From Gemmatimonadota bacterium (GTDB taxonomy: Bacteria; Gemmatimonadota; Gemmatimonadetes; Gemmatimonadales; GWC2-71-9), in assembly GCA_009692185.1 (NCBI GenBank), contig SHZT01000014.1, forward strand, positions 48 through 64,047: a DNA stretch of 64,000 nucleotides. The letters run 5' to 3'. The translations under genes and the position numbers were made by a program. The notes under the pieces are model-generated. The model saw only the letters and a program-made list of their open reading frames with translations. It was not told where the DNA came from and did not search any database. Below, piece by piece: positions 39,050-48,422 of the stretch; within the stretch, counting starts at the first letter, position 1, and each line of letters begins with the position of its first letter.

Positions 39050-40326
39050 TGCGCCGCCGCGCATTGGCGCTGGCGGTCGGCGGAACGGCGCTCGGGTCGG
39101 CGGTGTGGGGCGGAGCCGCGTGGTCCTCCCGCCTGCCGCTTGCTCCGCCCATCGTCGTGGAAGCCGCGTTCGACACACGGCTCGACACGCTGCGCCGCGA
39201 CGAGCCCGTCGCCGCGATCTTCATCCGGCGCGGGGTGCCGCGGGCCGACGTTCAGCGAGTGCTGAACGCGGCGCCGCAGCTCGACCCCAGGCGCGTCCGA
39301 GCCGGCCGCGTCTTTGATTTCCGCTACCCCCTGGGCGCCTCCCAGCCAGATCGCGTGGCCACCCGCCTGGATGATGAGCGTTTCCTTCGCGTGGTACGCG
39401 GCACGGACGGCGCGTGGCGCGGCGACATCGAGCGGGTGGGCTGGCAGGCGGTGCAGCACAGCGTTGTTGGTACCATCGGGTCCTCCTTGTACGACGCCCT
39501 CCATCGCATGCTGCCGGACACCGTCCTGCCCCCCGGAGAAGTGGATCGCTTCATCGCGGACCTGGCCGACGACGTGTTCGGTTCCGAGATCGACTTCAGC
39601 CGGGACGTGCTGGCCGGGGACGGATACGGCCTCGTGTTCGAGCGTCTCACCTCGTCAATGGGAGACGTACGCTACGGCCGGCTGCTCGCCGCGCGCATCG
39701 ACACCCGCGGCACGGATAACCGCGCGTACGTGGTCACCGGCGAGGGCGGCCGCAACCGGTATTACGACGAGCGCGGCATTTCCCTGCGCCGCGCGTTCAA
39801 GAAGAGCCCGGTGGCCTACCTGCGCATTTCGTCCCGTTTCTCGGCGAAGCGGTACCACCCCGTGCTGGGCACCTGGCGCGCGCATCGCGGTACGGACTTC
39901 TCGGCTCGGAGCGGCACGGAAATCACCGCCACGGGCGGGGGCGTTGTACGGATGGCCGGGCGAAATGGCGGGTACGGGTTGATGGTGGCGATCCGCCATC
40001 CCGGGAAGGAAGTCGTCGAAACCCGCTACGCGCACATGAGCCGGCTGGGGAAGGGAATCCGTACGGGGACCCGGGTCGAGCAGGGTCGGGTGATCGGGTA
40101 CGTCGGGGCGTCCGGCCTCGCCAACGGGCCGCACGTCCACTACGAATTCATCAAGAAGGGCCGCCAGATCAACCCGCAGGCCGCGGACCTGGGTGACGGC
40201 ACGCCGCTGCCCGACGAGCAGCGCGGGGAATACGTGGCGCTCCGGAACCGGTTGGCGCCCCTCCTGGCCCCGCCCGTGCCGCGGCAGGTCGCGGCCGGCT
40301 CGAACGCGCGAGCCGTTCCGCACTAG
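39049..40326 (+). CDS. M23-family peptidoglycan endopeptidase (MepM-like)
   Basis: RISSRF, HPVLG..RAHRGTD, YAHMS, GPHVHYE. Confidence 0.92.
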   Translation: MRRRALALAVGGTALGSAVWGGAAWSSRLPLAPPIVVEAAFDTRLDTLRRDEPVAAIFIRRGVPRADVQRVLNAAPQLDPRRVRAGRVFDFRYPLGASQPDRVATRLDDERFLRVVRGTDGAWRGDIERVGWQAVQHSVVGTIGSSLYDALHRMLPDTVLPPGEVDRFIADLADDVFGSEIDFSRDVLAGDGYGLVFERLTSSMGDVRYGRLLAARIDTRGTDNRAYVVTGEGGRNRYYDERGISLRRAFKKSPVAYLRISSRFSAKRYHPVLGTWRAHRGTDFSARSGTEITATGGGVVRMAGRNGGYGLMVAIRHPGKEVVETRYAHMSRLGKGIRTGTRVEQGRVIGYVGASGLANGPHVHYEFIKKGRQINPQAADLGDGTPLPDEQRGEYVALRNRLAPLLAPPVPRQVAAGSNARAVPH

Positions 40327-40344
40327 ATTCCGCTTCAACAATCC

Positions 40345-41064
40345 GTGCAGATCTATCCCGCGATCGACATCAAGCGCGGCCAGGTGGTCCGTGTCATGGA
40401 ACAGGGCGGCGCCGAGACGGTGTACGCCGATGATCCCGTGGCCCAGGCCGAAACATTCCTTGCGGCCGGCGCCACGTGGCTACACGTGGTGGACCTCGAT
40501 CGCGCGTACCGGACAGGCGGGGACAACACGCCGCTGGTCGGCAATATCGTCGCGACCGCCCGGGCGGCCGGGGCATCGGTGCAGGTGGGCGGGTTGCTCG
40601 CAACAGTGGATGACGTGAGCCGGATCCTGGAAACCGCGGCAGCCCGCGCCATCGTGGCGACGGCCGCCGCGGTTGACGAGGCGGAGCTTGAGCGGATCGT
40701 GCGCTCCGCCGGCGCGGCCCGGCTGGGGTTGGCGATTGACCTGCGTGGGGGCAAACCGGTATTGCGGGGCTCGACCGGCACCGTCCCCGGCGGCGCCGCG
40801 GAGATCGCGCGCCGGGCACTGGCGCGTGGAGTCGAGCACCTGGTGTGTCGCGATCTCGACCGCGACGGCGTGCTCGGCGGCTTCGCGCTGGACGACGCGG
40901 AGGCGGTCGCGCGATTCGGCGGGCGGGTCATCGTCGCGGGCGGCGGGGCGTCGCTCGCGGATCTCGAGGCGGCGCGGGGGCGGGGGATGAGCGGCGCGAT
41001 CATCGGGCGCGCGCTCTACGAACAGCGGTTCACACTGGGGGAGGCTATAGCGTGCTCTGGGTAG
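40345..41064 (+). CDS. hisA: HisA-family TIM-barrel isomerase (stand-alone)
   Basis: YPAIDI..GQVVR, LHVVDLD, QVGG, AID, DLDRDG, IIGRALYE. Confidence 0.75.
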   Translation: MQIYPAIDIKRGQVVRVMEQGGAETVYADDPVAQAETFLAAGATWLHVVDLDRAYRTGGDNTPLVGNIVATARAAGASVQVGGLLATVDDVSRILETAAARAIVATAAAVDEAELERIVRSAGAARLGLAIDLRGGKPVLRGSTGTVPGGAAEIARRALARGVEHLVCRDLDRDGVLGGFALDDAEAVARFGGRVIVAGGGASLADLEAARGRGMSGAIIGRALYEQRFTLGEAIACSG

Positions 41065-42881
41065 TTGTGGGCGGAGTCCTGTCAGCGGCCATCGGCGGCG
41101 TGGTGTACCTCTGGGCCGAGCGGATGGGGACCGTCGGGGCGGGGCTGGCCGCCCTTCGCGCCACCGCGCTCACGGTGCTCGTATTGCTGCTGGTCAATCC
41201 CGCCCGCATCGACCGGGTGCGCGGCGGACCACCGACCGTATTGCTCGACGCGTCCCTCTCCATGGGAACTACGGGCGGCCACTGGCGTGAGGCCAGGGAT
41301 ACCGCCCTCGCGCTGGCCGGCACGCCGGCACGCGTCCTGCGTTTCGGTTCCGCCCTCGCCTCGTTTGACACGATGCCTCCGGAAGATGGCACGACCCAGT
41401 TGTCGGAAGCCCTGCGGGCCGCCGCGGCGCGGTCGGGACCCGTCGTGGTCGTGAGCGACGGCGGCGTGGACGATGCCGGCGTGCTGTCTCCGGTTCTCAC
41501 GCAGGGCGTCACCGTCGTCGTGCTGCCACGCGACCCCGTGCCGGATGCCGCGCTCCTGGACGTGGCGATCGAGGGCCGGATCCAGCGGGGCGACTCGGTT
41601 CCGGGGACGTTCCTGGTGTCGACTGTGGGTCCGCTCACCCGGGCGACGGGCCGTTTCGAAGTCTTCACCGGCCAGCGCCGGTTGCTGGTGAACGAAATCA
41701 CGCTGCCGCCATCGCCGGGCATGGCCCGCCGCACATTTCTTCTGCCCGCCGGCCTGCTGGGTGCCGGGGTGCACGTCCTCACATTCCGGCTGACGACATC
41801 CGGAGACGGCGAACCTGGGGATGATGTCCGACAGCGGGTCGTGTCCGTCACGGACCAGCCGCACGTCGTCGTGCTGGTGAATCCACCGGACTGGGAAGGC
41901 CGGTTCCTGGCCTCGACCCTGGCGGAGGTGGCGCACACGACGGTGCGCGGGTTCGCTCGCGTGCGGCCCGATCGCTGGGTGGACATGCGGACGCTCGCGC
42001 CGGTCTCCGCCATGGAGATTCGCGCCACCGTCCGTACCGCGGGCCTGGTCGTGGCGCGCGGCGACGTGGTGCCTGAGCTGGCCGGCTTCCATGGGCCGCT
42101 GTGGCGCTGGCCCGCGGGCACCGAGGCGGCGACGCAGAGCATGCCGGGCGACTGGTACGTGACGCCCGAGACGCCATCATCGCCGGTGGGTGGCCGGTTT
42201 GCGTCGGTCGCGTGGGATTCCGTTGCGCCGGTCGAGGACCTGGTGCCCGTCGTGGTGGCCCCGGGCGACTGGGTCGGACTCTCGGCGAGGCTCGGACGGC
42301 GGGGCGCCGACCGGGCGCTGCTGGTGGGGCGCGATACTGGCGGGCTCCGGTCGCTGACCACGACCGGGGATGGTTTTTGGCGCTGGGATCTCAAGGGCGG
42401 AGCGGCCCGGGAGGCGTACCGGGCGTTCGTCGCGGGCGGGGTGGACTGGCTCCTCGGCGCGGACGCCATTCGGCGGATCAGCGCGCTCACGGCGAGCCCG
42501 ACGGTTCCGCGGGGCCAGCCGCTGGCGTTTCGCTGGACGCGGACCCCCGTACCCGACTCGCTGGTCGTGCGTCTCTCGGGGCCCGACTCGAGTTTCGGCA
42601 GTGTCCTGCGTTTCGACGCCCAGGGCGTGGCGCGCCTGTTTGCGCCGCCCGGCACGTATCGCTGGTCCGCTCCCGGCGTCGCCGGCGCGGTGGGGTTGTC
42701 GGTGGTCGAGTCCTACTCGGACGAGTTCCGCCCGCGGCCCGTGACGCTTCACCCGGTCGTGCGCGCGGATGCGTTCAGTATCGTCGAGCTTCGCCCGCGC
42801 GAGCGGTGGTGGCTCTTCGTGATCGTCGTGCTTGCGCTGCTGGGAGAATGGGCATGGCGACTGCGCCGGGGCCTGCCCTAG
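41052..42881 (+). CDS. Membrane protein with vWA-like domain
   Basis: N-terminal TMs, LLDASLSM (MIDAS DxSxS), VVVSDG, C-terminal TM ending EW.WR.RRGL. Confidence 0.75.
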   Translation: MLWVVVGGVLSAAIGGVVYLWAERMGTVGAGLAALRATALTVLVLLLVNPARIDRVRGGPPTVLLDASLSMGTTGGHWREARDTALALAGTPARVLRFGSALASFDTMPPEDGTTQLSEALRAAAARSGPVVVVSDGGVDDAGVLSPVLTQGVTVVVLPRDPVPDAALLDVAIEGRIQRGDSVPGTFLVSTVGPLTRATGRFEVFTGQRRLLVNEITLPPSPGMARRTFLLPAGLLGAGVHVLTFRLTTSGDGEPGDDVRQRVVSVTDQPHVVVLVNPPDWEGRFLASTLAEVAHTTVRGFARVRPDRWVDMRTLAPVSAMEIRATVRTAGLVVARGDVVPELAGFHGPLWRWPAGTEAATQSMPGDWYVTPETPSSPVGGRFASVAWDSVAPVEDLVPVVVAPGDWVGLSARLGRRGADRALLVGRDTGGLRSLTTTGDGFWRWDLKGGAAREAYRAFVAGGVDWLLGADAIRRISALTASPTVPRGQPLAFRWTRTPVPDSLVVRLSGPDSSFGSVLRFDAQGVARLFAPPGTYRWSAPGVAGAVGLSVVESYSDEFRPRPVTLHPVVRADAFSIVELRPRERWWLFVIVVLALLGEWAWRLRRGLP

Positions 42882-42883
42882 AC

Positions 42884-43777
42884 GTGGGAGGCGGTCTGTG
42901 GGCGCGGATCAAGTCTGTCGCGCTGACCGATGTGGCGGTGCTGGTGCGCGGGCTGGACCGGAACGCGTTGGATGGTGTCGAGCGGGTCCTCGCGGAGGCG
43001 GATCTCGGTGCCGCCGCTGTCTCGATTGCCCGCGACCTGGAAGCGAGACAGCGCCGCGGTGAACTCAGGCGCGAAGACGAGGTGCGGAGCTGGCTCCGGG
43101 AACAGCTTCTCGCCGGACTCGGCGGCGGGGACCCGGGTGTGCTCAACCTGGGACCGGGTGATGGCCCTGGCGTCATTCTGCTCGCGGGCGTGAACGGGGC
43201 CGGGAAGACGACCGTGGCGGCGCGACTGGCGTACCGCCTGAAGCAACGGGGCCGATCGGTCCTGCTCGCCGCGGCGGATACCTACCGCGCGGCCGCCGGG
43301 GAGCAGCTCTTGGTGTGGGCCGAGCGCCTCGGCATTCCGTGCGTCTCGGGAGCGCCGGGAGGCGATCCGGCCGCGGTGGCGTTCGACGCCATCGAAGCGG
43401 CTACCAACCGGAACATGGATGCGGTGATCGTGGATACCGCTGGTCGCCTGCATACGCAGAGCGCCCTCATGGACGAACTCAAGAAACTCCTGCGTGTTAC
43501 CACGCGACGCCGGCCGGGCGCCCCGCACGAGACCCTGTTGGTGCTCGACGGAACCGTCGGCCAGAACGCTATGCAACAGGGACGCATGTTCGGGGAGGCC
43601 CTGCCGCTCACCGGTCTCGTGATCACCAAGCTCGACGGCACGGCCAAGGGCGGCGCCGTGCTGGCGATGTCGCGTGAACTGGGTGTGCCCGTCCGGTTCA
43701 TTGGCATCGGCGAGGGCCTCGAGGATCTCGAGGCCTTCAACGCGGCCAGTTTCGTAGACCGGCTCCTGTCGGACTAG
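42884..43777 (+). CDS. ftsY: SRP receptor FtsY
   Basis: GVNGAGKTT, ADTYRAAA, DTAGRLH, TKLDGTAKGG. Confidence 0.96.
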   Translation: MGGGLWARIKSVALTDVAVLVRGLDRNALDGVERVLAEADLGAAAVSIARDLEARQRRGELRREDEVRSWLREQLLAGLGGGDPGVLNLGPGDGPGVILLAGVNGAGKTTVAARLAYRLKQRGRSVLLAAADTYRAAAGEQLLVWAERLGIPCVSGAPGGDPAAVAFDAIEAATNRNMDAVIVDTAGRLHTQSALMDELKKLLRVTTRRRPGAPHETLLVLDGTVGQNAMQQGRMFGEALPLTGLVITKLDGTAKGGAVLAMSRELGVPVRFIGIGEGLEDLEAFNAASFVDRLLSD

Positions 43778-43779
43778 GC

Positions 43780-45867
43780 GTGGCTCTTAGGCTCGATACC
43801 CCGGTGCAGTTCCTCAAGGGGGTCGGGCCACGCCGTGCCGAGGCGCTCGCCCGGCTCGACGTGCGCACGGTCGAAGATCTCTGCTATCACATTCCCCACC
43901 GCTATCTCGACGCCACGTCCGTCACGCCGAGCACGAAAGCCAGGGTCGGGACGGAGGTGACGGTCGTCGGCCGGGTGGTGTCCACTGGTGTTCTGTCGAC
44001 CCGCCGTCGGCTACGGGTGTTCCGCGCGATTCTCAAGGACGCGTCCGGGGTCATCGAGTGCGCCTGGCCGGGGCAGGCATTCCTGGAGCGCACGATTCGC
44101 GCGGGACAGCTCCTGCTGGTGACGGGGCCGGTCAAGTTCTATCACGGCCGCCAGCTCGTGCCGCGAGAGCAGATCGTGCTGGCGGATGCTGATGAACAGG
44201 ACGGGCAAGATGGGCAGGACGGACCGGTCGAGCGGGGCGTTGTCCTGCCGATCTACCCTGCGACGGATGGCTTGTCGCACCGGCAGATCCGCCGCATGTT
44301 CGCCGATCACCTGGACGCCATGCTGCCGGCGGTGGATGACATTTTGCCGGTCGCGCTCCGCCGTCAGTTCAAGCTCCTGCCGCTCCGCGATGCCTTCCTG
44401 GCCCTCCACCGCCCGCCTTCGCCCGATGTGGCCGAGGAGGGGCGGCGCCGCCTCGCATTCGACGAGCTGCTGGATGTCCAATTGATCGTGGCCCGCGCAC
44501 GGCACCTGGCCAAGGGCGCCCGCAAGGGGCCGCGGTTCGAGAACCAGAAACGACTGACCACCCAGCTCAAGGCCGCGCTGCCGTTCGAGCTGACGAATGG
44601 TCAGAAGCGGGCCATTCGCGACGTGTTCGCCGACATGGTTGGACCGGAACGCCTGCACCGCCTGCTCATGGGCGACGTGGGGACCGGAAAGACCGTCGTG
44701 GCCCTGTTCGCCATGCTCCTCGCCGCGGAAAACGGTTATCAGGCCGTGTTCATGGCTCCCACGGAACTCCTCGCGGAGCAACATGCGAGGACCATCGGCG
44801 AGCTCCTGGCGCCGCTGGGCATGGAGCCGGCGCTGCTCGTCGGCCGGTTGCGTGACGCGGAGAAGGCCGCATTGCGGCGGCAAATTGCGGAGGGTGAGGC
44901 GCCGGTCGTCATCGGCACCCACGCGCTGATCGAGGACACCACGGGGTTCAAGCGGCTCGGGCTGGTGGTGATTGACGAGCAGCATCGGTTCGGGGTGGAG
45001 CAGCGGGCGGCGCTCATCGGCAAGGGCGAGGCTCCTGACGTTCTTCTGCTGTCGGCGACGCCGATTCCCCGGACGTTGGCGCTCACCCTCTACGGCGACC
45101 TGGACATTTCAGCCCTCCGCGAAAGGCCGAAAGGCCGCGCGCCGGTGAAGACCGGCGTACGGACCGCGTCGGCGCGGAACGCCGTGTACGACTTCATTCG
45201 CGCCGAGTGCGCGCGGGGTCACCAGGCCTACATCGTGTACCCGGTGATCGCCGAGTCGGAACGGGTGGACCTGCGGGCGGCGACCACCATGGCCAAGACG
45301 CTCGGGGACGCGATGGCCCCGCTCGAGGTGGGCCTCGTGCACGGCCAGATGAAAGCCGAGACCCGGGACCTCGTCATGCGCCGCTTCCGCGATGGCGAGA
45401 TCAACATCCTGGTGGCGACCACGGTGATCGAGGTGGGCATAGACGTGGCCAATGCGACGGTCATGGTGATCGAGCACCCGGAGAGATTCGGACTCGCCCA
45501 GCTTCACCAGCTGCGCGGCCGCGTCGGCCGGGGGGAAGGGGAGAGTCACTGCATCCTCCTCTGCGAGTTGGCCGCTGTTCCGGACCGGTTACGACGGTTT
45601 GCCCGCACGACCGACGGGTTCAAGATCGCCGAGCTTGACCTCCAGGAGCGTGGCATGGGGGAATTGGCCGGGTCCCGGCAGTCGGGCGGCCTTGCGCTCA
45701 GATTCACGAACCTCGAGCGCGATGGCGACTTGGTGATCGGCGCAAGGCGCGCCGCTCGCGCGGTCATCGAGCAGGATCCGAACCTGACCAAACGCCAGCA
45801 CGAGCCCCTCCGGCGGCGGATCGGGCGGCGGTACCAGCGAGGGATCGAGCTATTCAGGATTGGCTAG
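43780..45867 (+). CDS. recG: ATP-dependent DNA helicase RecG
   Basis: LKGVGP, GDVGTGKT, DEQHRFGV, SATPIPRT, QLHQLRGRVGRG. Confidence 0.97.
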   Translation: MALRLDTPVQFLKGVGPRRAEALARLDVRTVEDLCYHIPHRYLDATSVTPSTKARVGTEVTVVGRVVSTGVLSTRRRLRVFRAILKDASGVIECAWPGQAFLERTIRAGQLLLVTGPVKFYHGRQLVPREQIVLADADEQDGQDGQDGPVERGVVLPIYPATDGLSHRQIRRMFADHLDAMLPAVDDILPVALRRQFKLLPLRDAFLALHRPPSPDVAEEGRRRLAFDELLDVQLIVARARHLAKGARKGPRFENQKRLTTQLKAALPFELTNGQKRAIRDVFADMVGPERLHRLLMGDVGTGKTVVALFAMLLAAENGYQAVFMAPTELLAEQHARTIGELLAPLGMEPALLVGRLRDAEKAALRRQIAEGEAPVVIGTHALIEDTTGFKRLGLVVIDEQHRFGVEQRAALIGKGEAPDVLLLSATPIPRTLALTLYGDLDISALRERPKGRAPVKTGVRTASARNAVYDFIRAECARGHQAYIVYPVIAESERVDLRAATTMAKTLGDAMAPLEVGLVHGQMKAETRDLVMRRFRDGEINILVATTVIEVGIDVANATVMVIEHPERFGLAQLHQLRGRVGRGEGESHCILLCELAAVPDRLRRFARTTDGFKIAELDLQERGMGELAGSRQSGGLALRFTNLERDGDLVIGARRAARAVIEQDPNLTKRQHEPLRRRIGRRYQRGIELFRIG
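44197..44260. repeat. 9-nt tandem repeat (QDG x3) and complementary arm inside recG
   Basis: CAGGACGGG CAAGATGGG CAGGACGGA; downstream GTCCTGCCGATCTACCC is nearly complementary. Confidence 0.55.
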
Positions 45868-46022
45868 GTCGTCGTCGCGGGATGCGATAGGCGTTGCGGA
45901 ACACCATGCGCGGGTTGACCTTGCGACTGGCACGGCCTGACCGCGGGGCGCGGCACGACTCTTGTACATGTCATTGCTTCCGGGGTGCAGGGCTTTGCGA
46001 ATCGGGCGCATTGGGAGGCGAC

Positions 46023-46400
46023 GTGGCTGGTCGGAAGGGCTTCACGCTCATCGAACTGCTGATCGTCGTGGTCATCATTGGAATCCTGGCCGCCATCGGG
46101 ATTCCCAAGTTCGCCAGTTCAAAGGAAAAGGCGATCCTGGCGTCGATGAAGGCAGACCTGCGCAACCTGATCACGGCAGAGGAAGGGTACTTCCACGACT
46201 ATCAGGCGTTCACGGCGAGTCTCCCCGTGAGCATCTACACCGTATCGGCCGGCGTCACGGGACCCACCATAACCGTCAGCGGGCCATCGGACTACGCGGG
46301 TTGGCTTGGCCACACCAGCACGACCAAGACCTGCGCCATATTCATCGGCACCACCAGTCTTGCGCCGGCCACGAAGGAAGGCGAGCCCAAGTGCACGTGA
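46023..46400 (+). CDS. Type IV pilin-like protein
   Basis: GGAGG RBS; RKG|FTLIELLIVVVIIGILAAI prepilin motif; two C-terminal Cys. Confidence 0.92.
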   Translation: MAGRKGFTLIELLIVVVIIGILAAIGIPKFASSKEKAILASMKADLRNLITAEEGYFHDYQAFTASLPVSIYTVSAGVTGPTITVSGPSDYAGWLGHTSTTKTCAIFIGTTSLAPATKEGEPKCT

Positions 46401-46419
46401 GTTGAACAAGGGGTTTTCG

Positions 46420-46449
46420 GAACGGCGGGCCGAGTGGCCCGCCGTTCTT
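46420..46449. terminator. Hairpin between convergent genes
   Basis: GAACGGCGGGCC-GAGT-GGCCCGCCGTTC; shares the GGGCC-GAGY-GGCCC core with the hairpin at 1228. Confidence 0.65.
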
Positions 46450-46454
46450 GCGTT

Positions 46455-46790
46455 CTAGAGGGCCGAGTCAGCCTTTGCGCCGAGAATGAAATCGCTCTCG
46501 GAGAGGCCGTTGATCGAGTGGGTCCAGATGGTGAGCCGGACCTTTCCCCAACCGAGCATGATATCCGGGTGGTGGCCCTGTTCTTCCGCGATGGCGCCGA
46601 CCCGGTTGGTGAAGGCCAGGGCATCCACAAAGTTGGGGAACGTGTATTCCTTTTCCAGGTGGTGCCCCTCGATTGTCCGCCAACCTCCGCCCAGCTCGCC
46701 CAACAGGCGCTCCAGTTCTTTTCCGGCAACCGGTGAAGTCCCTTTCTTGCATGGCACGCACTTCTTGCTGGCTAGTCCGCCGGCTGGCAT
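46455..46790 (-). CDS. Pterin-4-alpha-carbinolamine dehydratase
   Basis: CVPC, AEEQGHHPDI, WTHSINGLSESDFILGAK. Confidence 0.93.
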   Translation of the reverse strand: MPAGGLASKKCVPCKKGTSPVAGKELERLLGELGGGWRTIEGHHLEKEYTFPNFVDALAFTNRVGAIAEEQGHHPDIMLGWGKVRLTIWTHSINGLSESDFILGAKADSAL

Positions 46791-46791
46791 A

Positions 46792-46826
46792 CCCTCACCC
46801 CTGTCCCCTCTCCCTGACGGGAGAGG
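46792..46826. repeat. REP-like CCCTCACCCC...CCTCTCCC/GGGAGAGG element
   Basis: CCCTCACCCCTGTCCCCTCTCCC-TGAC-GGGAGAGG; same family as 5155-5209. Confidence 0.65.
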
Positions 46827-46868
46827 ACTGTTGACGTGTCACTCGCGACGCTCGCCTGCGGCCGACGA

Positions 46869-47336
46869 TCAAAACCGCACGGTGAATCCCACCCGGCGCG
46901 GCGTCGCGTAGACACTGAATGGCGTGAACGGAATGTTGCGCGGACCGTCGTCCCGGTGAATCAGGTCGACCAGGAACATGGCGCCCGTGGCGACCAGGGC
47001 GAGTTCGCCGCCGATGATCCAGTTCCGCGCGCCGCTGTTCGCGCTGAGGTACGACTCGTAGGCAGCCTGCGCGGGCGGAAAAAGATACCGGCCGGTAACC
47101 GAGCGGGGGCAGGGGTCCACGGTGGCGCAGGCCGCGCCAATGGAGTCGTGCCAGCGATCGGCATCGCGAGACAGCAGGGACCCGCGGGCAAGCATCGCGG
47201 CAGTGGCGCCGAGGAGCGGCCATTTGACGACGTGGGCGGTTTGCACCGGCCACGGGCGCGCGGCGGGACGCGTTTGCGCGATCAACGGGCTGGAGACGGC
47301 GGTCAGCAGGAGCGCGGCGGTCAGTTTCATCGCCAT
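46869..47336 (-). CDS. Hypothetical exported/membrane protein
   Basis: Signal peptide, Cys pair, hydrophobic segment, C-terminal Phe; overlaps the upstream gene. Confidence 0.65.
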   Translation of the reverse strand: MAMKLTAALLLTAVSSPLIAQTRPAARPWPVQTAHVVKWPLLGATAAMLARGSLLSRDADRWHDSIGAACATVDPCPRSVTGRYLFPPAQAAYESYLSANSGARNWIIGGELALVATGAMFLVDLIHRDDGPRNIPFTPFSVYATPRRVGFTVRF

Positions 47337-48413
47337 GCCTGAATCCTACCCCGGCCATCCACGAAGACAAGCAACCCGTGATCCACAATCAGCGGCTGGT
47401 CCACGGGCCCGTCCACGCGTGTCTTCCAGAGGGTTTCGCGGGACGGGGGCGCGAGGCGCAGGATCTCGCCGCTGATACTAACAACGAGGACTCCGTCGGC
47501 GATCGGCGCGGGCGCGGCCAGTACCGGGATACCCAGTGGCATGCTCGCCGCCGCGGCCGGGGAGGCGAGGGGAATCGTCCAGAGCGTGCCGTTCGATGTT
47601 ACCGCCACCACCGTGTCGCGCGCGATCACGGGGCTCGAGGACACCGGTTCACCGGTCGCCACGCGCCACACCAGGGCCAGGGAGCGGGCGTCGTACGCCA
47701 CGACGGCCCCATCGGGTGATCCGTAGATCAGCAAGTCGCCGGTGACGGCCGGAGGGTTCAGGGCCACGCCCCGAGCCGGGGCGACGGCGGCCAGCGTGCC
47801 ATCAGCCAGGTTGAGCGCGAACAGGGAGTCGTCGGTGGCGACGACAGCACGGTCTCCGACGACGACGGGCCCGGAGCGGAGTACGTGTTCCAGGTCCCGT
47901 CGCCACGTCACCGTGCCCCGCGCGCCTTCCAGCGAGCGGACCTGGCCGGCGGTGGTCGCGACCAGCAGCCGGCCGTTGGCGGCGGCGATGGGACCGACGA
48001 GCGGCCCGCTCTGGCGATCCCACACCGTGCGGCCGGTGGGGAGGTCAAACGCGTAGGTATGGCCGTCCGCGCTGGCGCAGTAAAGGCGGTCGTCGCGGAC
48101 GAGTGGCCCCGCGATGCCCGGTCCGTCCAGGCGGCTCGTCCAGATCTTCGCGCCCGATGCGCGGGACACGACGACCAGGAAGCCATCGGTTGTCACGACC
48201 GCTATCACGCTGTCACCCACTGCGGGCGGCCCCGCGCCCTGCGGGAGCGGTCCACGCGAGCGCGGGTTCAGCAACGAGCGTCTCCTCCGCCGATGGCGCG
48301 AGTCCCGGAACGCGGAGGTGCATCATCCACGCGCGAGGTTCGCGCGCGGGTCCACGTTCGGTCGGAACGGCGCACGCAATCGCGTTGACACTCAAGAAGG
48401 CGAGGGCTAGCAT
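47327..48413 (-). pseudogene. PQQ-like beta-propeller (BamB-like) lipoprotein with an apparent frameshift near 48230
   Basis: Propeller repeats (A.D..TG...W) in 47327-48230; a lipoprotein-like N-terminus MLALAFLSVNAIAC...AWTAPAGRG lies in another frame from 48413. Confidence 0.65.
48385..48413 (+). promoter_or_regulatory. Sigma70 promoter of asnS
   Basis: TTGACA-N17-TAGCAT, 9 nt before ATG 48423. Confidence 0.75.
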
Positions 48414-48422
48414 TCGCGCCCC

